A stretch of DNA of 32,000 nucleotides from Bifidobacterium longum subsp. longum JCM 1217 (GCF_000196555.1 NC_015067.1:1560001-1592000); one strand, 5' to 3'; positions 1-8,632 are shown, counted from the stretch's first letter. The notes: generated by a model from the sequence alone, not told the origin. Made by a program: numbers and translations.

Positions 1-1887
1 CACAGCGCGTTTGCTCGCTCCGATGATTTCGCTCGTATCCGATGTACCCGTCTCCCATTGGCTGATATATGGCGAGCATGCTTGTGCAGCGTTACGCAGA
101 CTCTTTGGATAGGTCATAGACAACTGCTGCGTTGCGCTGGCAACAACACCGTTAAACCATAGCGGTTCTTGCCCGGACCTACGTTCCACCGTACCGGAAA
201 GTACATTCCACGCTTCCAAAGTTTTGCCTTGGGAAGTCAGGAACTGTGACAAATCCAGCCGCTCGCCGTCATCGAGCAGACCGGTCTCATGCGGAATCGC
301 AGGCAATTGAGATTCACTGCAACCCAGAACAATCACATATCTGTATGGATGTAAAGGCGATGACATCGGCAATACGTCCACGGCGCTGGCGGAGACCGGA
401 CGCGAATCGATTGACTGCGCGGCGAGCGTCGAAGCTAGATTTCTAGCAAAGATTCCTACATATTCAGCAAAATAATCGTTACCGAGCTGTTGAACCATGT
501 CGTCAAACGCATTCATGATGACGGTCCAAACTGGCGCGGATCCTTCAATGGTTTGGGCGTATTCGGTAAGAAAACCAACCATCCCGCCTAGAGCCTCCCG
601 CACGGTTGCGCTAGGCCGCGGCCGAAACACATCAGCGGCTTGCTGAATCAGCGAACGAATCTTCTGCAAATGTGCAGCGAACGGTATGTCTGTATCGATC
701 CATACCGTTGCCGGATTGTTGGAGTTCAGCTGATTTTCAATGTCATCGATTGCCGTTGGAGTCAAGTTCAGATACCGGCTGAAGATACCGGAACGCAGTA
801 TGCGCAGGATGGACTGGGGTTGAAGTTCGTAGGTCGCGGAATCAAGCAGTCCCAGAATCGCATCAGCGAACGGATGGTCAAGCATCGTACTGGACGCGGC
901 AATATTAATCGGTATCCCCTGATACGTGAATTCCGATGCAATTTGGGCTTGATATGAACCAAGGTCTCGTGAGGTGACCAGCACATCACCGTATGAAATT
1001 TCTGGATTGTCCGCGATGAACTTCTTGATGGACGCTGCCGCATAGCGCACTTCGGCAGTAGTATCCGGCATCGCACACACTGATGTAGAAGCGGATGAAG
1101 CGAAAATACTGGACAGCGTATTTCGGTTTCCATCATCGCGTCTCTGCAATGCTTCCAGATAATCCGGATCAGAACCGGCACCAACCATCACCGTCAGATG
1201 CACGTATTGCGCAAGTGTATGAACTATCCTCATCTCCGAAGCGTTGAGGTGTGCGAAACCGTACAGATAGAACCAGCGATTACTCCCATGCCGCTGTGCC
1301 CATGCACATATGGTTTCATGGGCGGCTCCGGGGAATGTATACCGTTTACCTAACCGTTGCTCCACCAGTTGCAGCAAAGAGCCAAGCACCGAAAGTCGAG
1401 CATTCGACTGATGAGCGGCCAGAGCAAGCACCTCTTCAGCACTGACCCCATCATTATGCAATTCAACAATTTGCTTGGTGAACTGGTCAATAGCCTCAAA
1501 CGAGTCACCAACCTGATTACGCAACGATTCATTATCATTCAGACACTTCGCTACGTAATTTCTCAGCGACATCATGCTGATTGATGGGCGAATGTACCTT
1601 CCATAATCCTGGTTGCCGATAATCGAGCTCATCATGCTTGCCAGAGAATGGACACCCACATTCATCCCCGGTTCCAGACGTTCGCGGAATTCCGGTCGGA
1701 CCATCGACTGCAGTACTTGCTTTTCCACATATGCGCGCAAGCTTGCCGGTGTCAGAATAACGAATCGCCCACGGCAACTATCCGGAAAATCTGCTTCCGT
1801 ACATCCGGCACCATCAGAAAGGACATGATCAATCAGGGCATGAATGTCATCACACCCTCGCTCGGGCCGTATCACCATGACACTCAT
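1..1887 (-). CDS. AddB/RexB-like helicase-nuclease subunit B, N-terminal ~629 codons (3' end lies beyond the left edge of the window)
   Basis: Hand translation of minus frame 0 from ATG at 1887 (SD GGGAGGG at 1894-1900 on the minus strand) is open down to position 1. It is missing from the ORF track because there is no stop in the window. Product MSVMVIRPERGCDD...FVILTPASLRAYVEKQVL...WFYLYGFAHLNASEMRIVHTL...AEVRYAAASIKKFIADNPEISYGDVLVTSRDLGSYQAQIASEFTYQGIPINIAASSTMLDHPF...YRYVIVLGCSESQLPAIPHETGLLDDGERL is collinear with B. subtilis AddB blocks recalled from memory (IYVDGFYQFTPQEF; YKDVAILAR..Y...V...F..YEIPYFID.....L.HPL; TFVLGANDGVLPARPDENGVLSDDDRE). AT-rich codon usage. Confidence 0.7.
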   Translation of the reverse strand, partial: MSVMVIRPERGCDDIHALIDHVLSDGAGCTEADFPDSCRGRFVILTPASLRAYVEKQVLQSMVRPEFRERLEPGMNVGVHSLASMMSSIIGNQDYGRYIRPSISMMSLRNYVAKCLNDNESLRNQVGDSFEAIDQFTKQIVELHNDGVSAEEVLALAAHQSNARLSVLGSLLQLVEQRLGKRYTFPGAAHETICAWAQRHGSNRWFYLYGFAHLNASEMRIVHTLAQYVHLTVMVGAGSDPDYLEALQRRDDGNRNTLSSIFASSASTSVCAMPDTTAEVRYAAASIKKFIADNPEISYGDVLVTSRDLGSYQAQIASEFTYQGIPINIAASSTMLDHPFADAILGLLDSATYELQPQSILRILRSGIFSRYLNLTPTAIDDIENQLNSNNPATVWIDTDIPFAAHLQKIRSLIQQAADVFRPRPSATVREALGGMVGFLTEYAQTIEGSAPVWTVIMNAFDDMVQQLGNDYFAEYVGIFARNLASTLAAQSIDSRPVSASAVDVLPMSSPLHPYRYVIVLGCSESQLPAIPHETGLLDDGERLDLSQFLTSQGKTLEAWNVLSGTVERRSGQEPLWFNGVVASATQQLSMTYPKSLRNAAQACSPYISQWETGTSDTSEIIGASKRAV

Positions 1888-2015
1888 ACCTTACCCTCCC
1901 CAGTGAGTTGTATCTGTTCTCAGCATATAACTGACGCAACAAATATCCGGGACTTCGCGCATGACACTTTGCACTCTTACGCAAGCCTAGTGATTTCGTA
2001 GTATCACATTGCCGT

Positions 2016-4652
2016 CTAAGCACACACATATTGTTCAATCGCACGTCCTATTGGCCATTTGAAAGACTCACACTGGAGCTGTTGCCGAGTGGTTTGATCC
2101 CAATCCGAACCATTAGGGACGACTTCATCTGTACTCTTTTGCGCACAAGGACTTGCATCCATTACATCCTGCAATAAATCACCCTGTCCATGGGATTGTG
2201 CTGCTCTGTATTGCCTTTCCGCCTCGATAAGGTCATTGCCACATTGGGCAAGAGCCTTCCTGCAGGGGTTGACGCAATCAAAAGCACCGGCTCTAATGAG
2301 GTAATTGACATTCCCTGCATTGCAATGTTCCAATGAAACACGACGTATAAAATCATTAAAACTGCGATAGGCACTGCCTTTATTACGGGTTGAAACGATT
2401 TCTTCTGCCAATTGTTCCGAAATGCCCCGTATCGCATTAAAACCGAGCTGAATTCCATATGCCGATTTCTCATCGTCACCGGTACTGGAATACGCTGTCG
2501 CATAATATTGAGATTGATTAATGTTTGGCATTCTTACATGAATACCTAAACAGTACATTTCTTCAAATATACTTTCCAGTTTCGCTCTAGCGCCATCCTC
2601 GTTATAACTATTCAACATTGCGGTCATGAATTCGATTGTGTATAACGTTTTCACATAGGCGACACGGTATGCGAACATTGCACGAGCAACAGCATCTGCG
2701 CGGTCGGCACCTCTGCTATGGCATATGTCAATTAGCTCCGCAAAAGAGGTAAGCTTCTGCTGCATCAGTTCGCTCTTCATTCCATCCAAGAATGGAATAC
2801 CGGCCGTATAGCCCGCGGACAGTAAGTCATACACACGGCTCTCATCCAACGAACTGCAAGAATCGTCCCATACTTGCGGCACATTGCAATCCGGTATGAA
2901 TCGAAGGGCATCCTGCACCACCTGCAAAACTCTCGAACCTGCAATACGGAGACGAGGAAGCCCAAGTTCATCACAGCCTTTTGCATCAAACGCGGTGCTT
3001 TCTGCCCCCGAAGGAAAACGAACAATGGACGTTACTTCGGCAAGGGGCTTGTTGCAAAGAGCCAACACATCACTGCGAACGGAACAGTCATATATACAGT
3101 CTTTCAACCCATCCGCAATAGACTTCTTGGCGTTATCCTGCAACCAAACCTCAGCCGAGGATGCATCCCAGAACCGTTGATATCCGCATACATGCGACAC
3201 ATCTTTCACTGCCTTGGCATCGTTAAAACGGCTGTATGCAATTACAGCAGCTGCATAACCATTCCCATATCGGTCACATAGATATTGCAATACCCGCCTG
3301 GACAGTCCCCGTTCCGTTTGCAAAACAGCTGTAGGAAAGACTGAATCTTGAAAATCAGTAAAGGGTAAATCGTATTCGATGGGATCAATCTCACTAATCC
3401 CCAGCGCATAGGCGACAAGGCTGCGAGCCAATATCCCCTTCCCGGGCCCGACCAAATGCCCCTCTTCTCGCAATCGATTCGTACAATATGCGACGGCCAT
3501 CAAGTATTCTTCAGCATGGGTTTCACGAATCACAGCCATTTCGTGTTGAGCACGATTCCACACTGAATCCGGTATGCTTCCATACTTCGTTTGCAGCCAT
3601 CCTTCAACTTCCCCTTGAAGAATTTCACTCGACGCTCGGCCATCAGCACCAACATGCTGCGGCATTAATGAGCCATCTTCCGCTACACAAAATCCGGTAT
3701 CGCACCGCTCTGCTATGAGCAACGTATTGTCGCAGGCTTCAGGCACATCGGAGAACAGAGACCGCATAACCGCAGATGAACGCAAATAATACTCCTCGCT
3801 TTCAAACTTGAAACGATGAGGACCATCCATCACATCACCTGTTTCAATGCATATACGCACATCATGTTTTAGACTGTCATCACGCTTTGCATAATGCACA
3901 TCACTAGTTGCGACTAACGGCGCATTAATTCGTTTCGCCAGTTCCACTAGATCATTCCTGATTTGGTGCTCAATGGACAAACCATGATCCATGATTTCTA
4001 TAAAGAAATTATCTCGACCGAAAATATCCTGTAGTTCACCGGCCATTCGCAACGCTTCATCAAATTGTCCAAGCAACAATCTTGTCGGAATGGCTCCAGA
4101 CATGCAGCCCGACCCACAAATAAGTCCTTTTGCAAATGATGACAAGACATTGTTATCCATGCGAGGATAACGCGAGACCAGACCTTCGAGATTCGCCACG
4201 GAAGATGCTTTCATGAGATTGACAAGACCTTCATCGGACTCTGCCCATAGCGTCAAGTGAGTAAACAGCCCACCACCGCTGACATCATAAGGATCATGAG
4301 GCACACAAGTAACACTTCTTCGAGTATTCCTCTCTTTCCACGAATTATCCCAAGATACGCATCTCGTATCCGTGCGGCCAGTTTCTGGCGTTACGTATGC
4401 TTCAACACCCAAAATCGGCTTAATGCCTCGCTGACGTCCTGCTTTCCAGAACTCCATCAAACCGCCGACACTGCCGTGATCAGTCAGACCAATTGCTGGC
4501 TGACCTAATCGTTGCGCTTCACTCATCAGCTCGCTCACAGTAGAGACACCATCTGCCAGCGAATAGTCACTATGTACATGCAAATTAACGAAATCCCGCA
4601 TAAGAGCACCGCCTCCATAGTCATGGTTGCTTCGAATTCGAATCGGCTGCAT
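2016..4652 (-). CDS. DnaE1 (DNA polymerase III alpha)-derived protein, 878 aa: PHP domain with all metal ligands, apparently inactivated polymerase core, HhH retained, OB fold and tau-binding C-terminus absent
   Basis: ORF-track protein. The PHP motifs LHVHSDYSLADG, GLTDHG, GVEAYV, THLTL, GSGC, EIMDHG and ATSDVHY align closely with actinobacterial DnaE1. The palm block VGPGKGILARSLVAYALGISEIDP is recognisable, but PDxDxDF is replaced by PTAVLQT and KxDFLGL by PRLRIAGS. The HhH is GFNAIRGISEQLAEEIV...LIRAGAFD. RBS AGGAAA lies upstream of ATG 4652. Low GC. Confidence 0.85.
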   Translation of the reverse strand: MQPIRIRSNHDYGGGALMRDFVNLHVHSDYSLADGVSTVSELMSEAQRLGQPAIGLTDHGSVGGLMEFWKAGRQRGIKPILGVEAYVTPETGRTDTRCVSWDNSWKERNTRRSVTCVPHDPYDVSGGGLFTHLTLWAESDEGLVNLMKASSVANLEGLVSRYPRMDNNVLSSFAKGLICGSGCMSGAIPTRLLLGQFDEALRMAGELQDIFGRDNFFIEIMDHGLSIEHQIRNDLVELAKRINAPLVATSDVHYAKRDDSLKHDVRICIETGDVMDGPHRFKFESEEYYLRSSAVMRSLFSDVPEACDNTLLIAERCDTGFCVAEDGSLMPQHVGADGRASSEILQGEVEGWLQTKYGSIPDSVWNRAQHEMAVIRETHAEEYLMAVAYCTNRLREEGHLVGPGKGILARSLVAYALGISEIDPIEYDLPFTDFQDSVFPTAVLQTERGLSRRVLQYLCDRYGNGYAAAVIAYSRFNDAKAVKDVSHVCGYQRFWDASSAEVWLQDNAKKSIADGLKDCIYDCSVRSDVLALCNKPLAEVTSIVRFPSGAESTAFDAKGCDELGLPRLRIAGSRVLQVVQDALRFIPDCNVPQVWDDSCSSLDESRVYDLLSAGYTAGIPFLDGMKSELMQQKLTSFAELIDICHSRGADRADAVARAMFAYRVAYVKTLYTIEFMTAMLNSYNEDGARAKLESIFEEMYCLGIHVRMPNINQSQYYATAYSSTGDDEKSAYGIQLGFNAIRGISEQLAEEIVSTRNKGSAYRSFNDFIRRVSLEHCNAGNVNYLIRAGAFDCVNPCRKALAQCGNDLIEAERQYRAAQSHGQGDLLQDVMDASPCAQKSTDEVVPNGSDWDQTTRQQLQCESFKWPIGRAIEQYVCA

Positions 4653-4732
4653 GTTCAGTTTCCTGCCGCGCTACAATCAACGGTAATTATCTACTGGTTC
4701 TTGAAGCAGTCTCGATACTCAGCGAGAGGAAC
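4653..4732. promoter_or_regulatory. Divergent promoter/operator region between the DnaE-like operon and the WYL regulator gene
   Basis: 80-bp spacer between two divergent start codons. It contains a TACAAT -10-like hexamer (4672-4677, + strand), an imperfect inverted repeat ACTGGTTC-TT-GAAGCAGT (4693-4710), and RBS GAGAGGA before ATG 4733. No transcript data, so all positions are inferred. Confidence 0.4.
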
Positions 4733-5782
4733 ATGATGGCCGTCTCATCGCAACAAGCAACACCTTCCACTGCGCAGATTGTCATCGAGATTCTCGAACT
4801 GCTGGATGCGCATACAGACCGCGAGCACGGGATTACTGCCACTGAGATCAGCAAGCGCATCAGCGTTTCGGAAAAGACCGTACGAGGGCATCTCAAGGCG
4901 TTGCGTGACATGCAACCATTCGGCCGTCGGGTGGAGCATCTGGAGCGTCGAGACCTGCTCTCTGCTGAAAGCGCTGATCCAAAGCCGGGATGGTACATTG
5001 AACCGGTGTTTGATACGGCCCAGATGCGTCTGCTTGCGGACGGCGCGGTAATATCACGGTCTGACAGCGAATATCTGAGCGACCTTATCGCCAAAATCTA
5101 TACGTTCGCGGGCAAGTCGGGCCAATTGCGCGGTCTGAGGCAGCTCACTACGCCAAAGAATTACAACACCGAGTTTCTCAACAATATCGAAATGCTCAAC
5201 GATGCCATCGAACACGAACGAGTAATTCGATTCCGTTACTGCACCTATGACATTGATGGCAATCTGGTTCCTCGCCGCGACAATGCGGGTGAAATCAAAG
5301 AATACCAAGCCGATCCGTACCATCTGATGTACAAGAACAACAAATACTATCTGATTTGCCACATGCATCAGCATGACAGTCTCTCGTATCTGCACGTAGA
5401 ACGTTTCCGCAACCTTTACGTCGAGGAGACTGATCATGCGCTCAATCGCTCACTGGATAGCTTCAGTCCGATTCCGGGAACGCCGTTCAACATCGAAGAG
5501 CATATGGACGAACGCCCTTACCCCATGGACGGCGCAGCAGTACCGATTCACCTGCGTATTACCGGCACGCTGGAGCCCTTGTACGACTGGTTCGACAACG
5601 CCAAGGTCACTCAAATCAGCGCCAACGAATACGACGTGCATATCATGGCCAACGAATTAGCGACCTTGTGGTGGGCATTGCAATATGCCGATTCGCGCCT
5701 CATTGAAGTCCTTGAACCACAATCCTTACGCATTATGCTGCGAGATACTGGCGAATCTTTGCTAGAAAAGTATCGAGACTAG
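4733..5782 (+). CDS. WYL-domain transcriptional regulator (N-terminal wHTH, central WYL, C-terminal WCX-like extension)
   Basis: wHTH-like IVIEILELLDAHTDREHGITATEISKRISVSEKTVRGHLKALRD. WYL core VIRFRYCTYD...YQADPYHLMYKNNKYYLICHMHQHDSLSYLHVERFRNL. The 349-aa length is typical of BrxR/CapW/PafC-type regulators. Confidence 0.85.
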   Translation: MMAVSSQQATPSTAQIVIEILELLDAHTDREHGITATEISKRISVSEKTVRGHLKALRDMQPFGRRVEHLERRDLLSAESADPKPGWYIEPVFDTAQMRLLADGAVISRSDSEYLSDLIAKIYTFAGKSGQLRGLRQLTTPKNYNTEFLNNIEMLNDAIEHERVIRFRYCTYDIDGNLVPRRDNAGEIKEYQADPYHLMYKNNKYYLICHMHQHDSLSYLHVERFRNLYVEETDHALNRSLDSFSPIPGTPFNIEEHMDERPYPMDGAAVPIHLRITGTLEPLYDWFDNAKVTQISANEYDVHIMANELATLWWALQYADSRLIEVLEPQSLRIMLRDTGESLLEKYRD

Positions 5783-5809
5783 CTAGTCCCGCTATATTCT
5801 CACCAACGC

Positions 5810-6676
5810 TCAGCTCTTTTGTCGACACTCGGCAATGAGGGCGGCACAGAGCAAAATGACCTGGGCGACGAGGTTGAACCAAATGAGCACGCCGATCAAC
5901 GCGGCGAACGGGGCAAGCATCGGATTCCGGGAGGCTCCGGCTAATAGTCGCGCACCGAGAAGCTGCATTGCGGAAACCGTCAGAGATCCCAGTAACGCGC
6001 CGAGTATCGTGAATCGTCCGGCTTTGATGTGGGAGACCACGCGCAGCAGCAACATGAACAACGCGAAATTCAGCGCGACGCCGGTACCGAAACCGGTCAT
6101 CTCCAAAAGCACGGTGCCGGGCAACGAACTGCTGGGGATGCCGCCCCATTGCAGCAGTCGGCGTACGATGCCGCCGGACACCGTACCGGCCGCGGTCGAA
6201 AGAATGAACAGTATTGCGATGGCGATGGCGGCAAGCGTATCGCGTAACCTTGCGACGACGATATTGAGCTCGTCGCCGCAGTCGTCGAACATGGCCCGTA
6301 CGGCGTGGCGCAGCGAGTTCATCCAGCCGGTCACTGTCCACCAGAATATGGCCAACGTGGCCAGACCGGTCCACGTCAATGCGCTTGACATGGCGCCTAG
6401 CGCGGAAGACGTCAGAAACGAGTCGGCCACACCGGGAATGACTTCACGCACCGCGTCAATCAGCATCTGCTGCCAATCAATGTTGCCGACCATGATAAGG
6501 CCGAACACGCTCACCGCAATCCAGACGCCGGCAAAAAAGGCGAACAGCAGACCATATGCCAGACCATTCGCCAGCAGGGGGCCGCTCCGCGACACATACC
6601 GGTCGAGCACGCGCCCAGGCAGCGAACGTGCCCACGCGTCCGCTCCCCTGTCAATCGCACTCTTCAACCCATGCAT
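5810..6676 (-). CDS. YihY/BrkB (formerly ribonuclease BN-like) family integral membrane protein
   Basis: 288 aa with multiple TM segments. The N-terminal block RVLDRYVSRSGPLLANGLAYGLLFAFFAGVW is typical of the family. GC returns to the high-GC core level. Confidence 0.8.
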   Translation of the reverse strand: MHGLKSAIDRGADAWARSLPGRVLDRYVSRSGPLLANGLAYGLLFAFFAGVWIAVSVFGLIMVGNIDWQQMLIDAVREVIPGVADSFLTSSALGAMSSALTWTGLATLAIFWWTVTGWMNSLRHAVRAMFDDCGDELNIVVARLRDTLAAIAIAILFILSTAAGTVSGGIVRRLLQWGGIPSSSLPGTVLLEMTGFGTGVALNFALFMLLLRVVSHIKAGRFTILGALLGSLTVSAMQLLGARLLAGASRNPMLAPFAALIGVLIWFNLVAQVILLCAALIAECRQKS

Positions 6677-6880
6677 AGTTCAACTGTAGCTGTTGCCACC
6701 GTTGTTGAAACAGCATGGCGCGAAATCGCATTTAGCCAGCTCAAACGATGGCAACCATCAACGCCCCCACTCAATTGTTCAGAATCGGATACCATATGAG
6801 TATTCAATTCATCCGTCGGAGTGCAATGTCAGCAGTCCTCACCAACTGATGTCTTGCTAACCCGCTGGCCGCCCTAGTAT

Positions 6881-7360
6881 CTACTGTTTCTTGTGGTCTT
6901 CGTTCAACAGCCAGTCAAGCGCGTATATCTGTCGGATGCCTTCGTGGGAGTAGGGCCGTTCGTCATCCAGCGTAATCAGCGTCTTGGGATAGTTGTCACG
7001 CACGGCGCGCAGCGAGGACGGCTCCCGATCCAGCGTCGCCGAATCGTGCACCGATTCGCTGACCTGGTAGTACCGACGTCCGCCTGGCCCGTTCGTGACG
7101 AAGTCGATCTCGCTGCCGGAGCTCTGTCCGACATATACGTCGCCCTCGCGGCGCATCAGTTCGAGGAACACCACGTTCTCGAGGAGGCGTCCGATGTCCC
7201 GCACGTTGTTGGAGCACAGGATACGTCGCATCCCCAAGTCCACGGCATAGTACTTCTTTTCCTGCTTGAGAATCCTCTTGCCCTTGATGTCGTATCGGTG
7301 GGCCGGGTAGAGGATGAACGCGTCGTAGGCCGCGATCGTCGTCGGAACGGGCACGGTCAA
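6881..7360 (-). pseudogene. C-terminal DUF4143 fragment of an AAA-type ATPase (COG1373-like); N-terminal ATPase domain missing
   Basis: The 159-aa ORF carries KKYYAVDLGMRR...GRLLENVVFLELMRREGDVYVGQSSGSEIDFV...YYQVSES, which matches the DUF4143 C-terminal module. Full-length family members are about 400 aa with an N-terminal AAA_14 domain, and that domain is absent upstream (7361-7669 has no matching ORF). Confidence 0.55.
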
Positions 7361-7669
7361 CGACTAGGAAACGGTTTTTATCAGCAGGAGATTCTGCAAT
7401 CCGGATGGCATATACCGCCCGGCTTCATTACTGCTTTGGCTCATTTCTGTTCACTTCACGCTGGAGTACCGAGACACGTTGAGCGGAAATACCGGTAATT
7501 CACGTACGGTTACCGACCATTGGCCTGAATGGTACTCAGCATCAGCAGTCACTTGGGGTATGGTCATGACGGAGAGCCATCATGACCGATCTCTCGTTAT
7601 TCTGGGATGAATCCGGCGAAGCCGGAACTGAATCTAAATATTAAAACGCATGATGCACACGTCGCGGAA

Positions 7670-8632
7670 TTAGTCCACCAGAACTTCGGCATATTCGGCA
7701 GGTTCAGCGGGTTCGATGTGTCGGGCACGCATGGCATCGAGTGCGGCAGCCAAGTCGGCCGGGTACTGGGACCGGACCGTGGTCCAGACGCGGGTGCGGG
7801 GATGACGGAATTCGAGCTTCATGGCGTGCAGCCACTGCCGGTCAAGTCCCAAGGCCTCAGACAGCACCGGATTGGCACCATACATGGGGTCGCCGCACAG
7901 GGGATGCCCAATCGAGGAGAAATGCACGCGAATCTGATGAGTACGTCCGGTCTCCAGATTCACGGATACCAGAGTGGCCTCATGGCCGAAACGCTCCAGC
8001 ACATCCCAGTGCGTAACGGCCGGTTTGCCGGCCGGAGTCACGCAGAAGCGGAAATCGGACACTTTGGCGCGCCCGATCGGCGCCTCAATGGTTGCTTTGT
8101 TCTCTTTAAGACCACCCTGCACGAGCGCATGATAGGTTTTCTTTACCTCATGCTCGGCGAACTGCCGACGCATCTCGGTGTACGCAAGGTCGGACTTGCA
8201 CACCAACATCAAGCCGGAAGTGCCTACATCAAGGCGAGAAACAATGCCCTCACGCCCGGCCGCACCATAGGAAGTGATATGCACGCCGCGGTCACGCAGT
8301 GATCCGAGCACGGTTGGACCGGTCCAGCCAACCGAGGCATGCGCCGCCACGCCTACAGGCTTATCGACTACAACGACATCATCGTCTTCGTAGACAACGG
8401 CCATATCAGTTGCGATAGGCTCAGGCTCGGCCTGTTCCTCCGCCAAATCAAATTCGACGGTCTCCCCCGCCTGCAATGTGCTGGACCGCGCAACTTCACG
8501 TCCTAAAACGCGCGCCTGCCCGGAGTCAACCAGATCGGCGGCTTTAGATCGTGAAATACCCAGCATTTTGGCCACGGCTACGTCGAAACGCTTACCCACC
8601 AATGCATCGGGAGCAGGGACTATTCGACTCAT
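7670..8632 (-). CDS. rluD: RluA-family 23S rRNA pseudouridine synthase (RluD-like) with N-terminal S4 domain
   Basis: S4-like RFDVAVAKMLGISRSKAADLVDSGQARV. Catalytic motif VSRLDVGTSGLMLV, and the conserved GRTHQIRVH. The start overlaps the lspA stop by 1 nt (TAATG). Confidence 0.9.
   Translation of the reverse strand: MSRIVPAPDALVGKRFDVAVAKMLGISRSKAADLVDSGQARVLGREVARSSTLQAGETVEFDLAEEQAEPEPIATDMAVVYEDDDVVVVDKPVGVAAHASVGWTGPTVLGSLRDRGVHITSYGAAGREGIVSRLDVGTSGLMLVCKSDLAYTEMRRQFAEHEVKKTYHALVQGGLKENKATIEAPIGRAKVSDFRFCVTPAGKPAVTHWDVLERFGHEATLVSVNLETGRTHQIRVHFSSIGHPLCGDPMYGANPVLSEALGLDRQWLHAMKLEFRHPRTRVWTTVRSQYPADLAAALDAMRARHIEPAEPAEYAEVLVD

Noticed and set aside
1850-2044. 64-aa - strand ORF spanning the DnaE-like/AddB-like intergenic gap
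   Set aside because: It overlaps the 3' end of the DnaE-like gene and the SD-led start of the AddB-like gene in other frames. It has no RBS and a basic, low-complexity product.
5835-6689. 284-aa + strand ORF
   Set aside because: It is antisense to the YihY-family membrane protein gene. It has no TM or domain logic, while the minus-strand product does.
7565-7645. Mini-ORF MTDLSLFWDESGEAGTESKY, reminiscent of a DUF3800 N-terminus
   Set aside because: It is only 20 codons. The similarity rests on a single DESG motif, so it cannot be supported as a gene or pseudogene from sequence alone.
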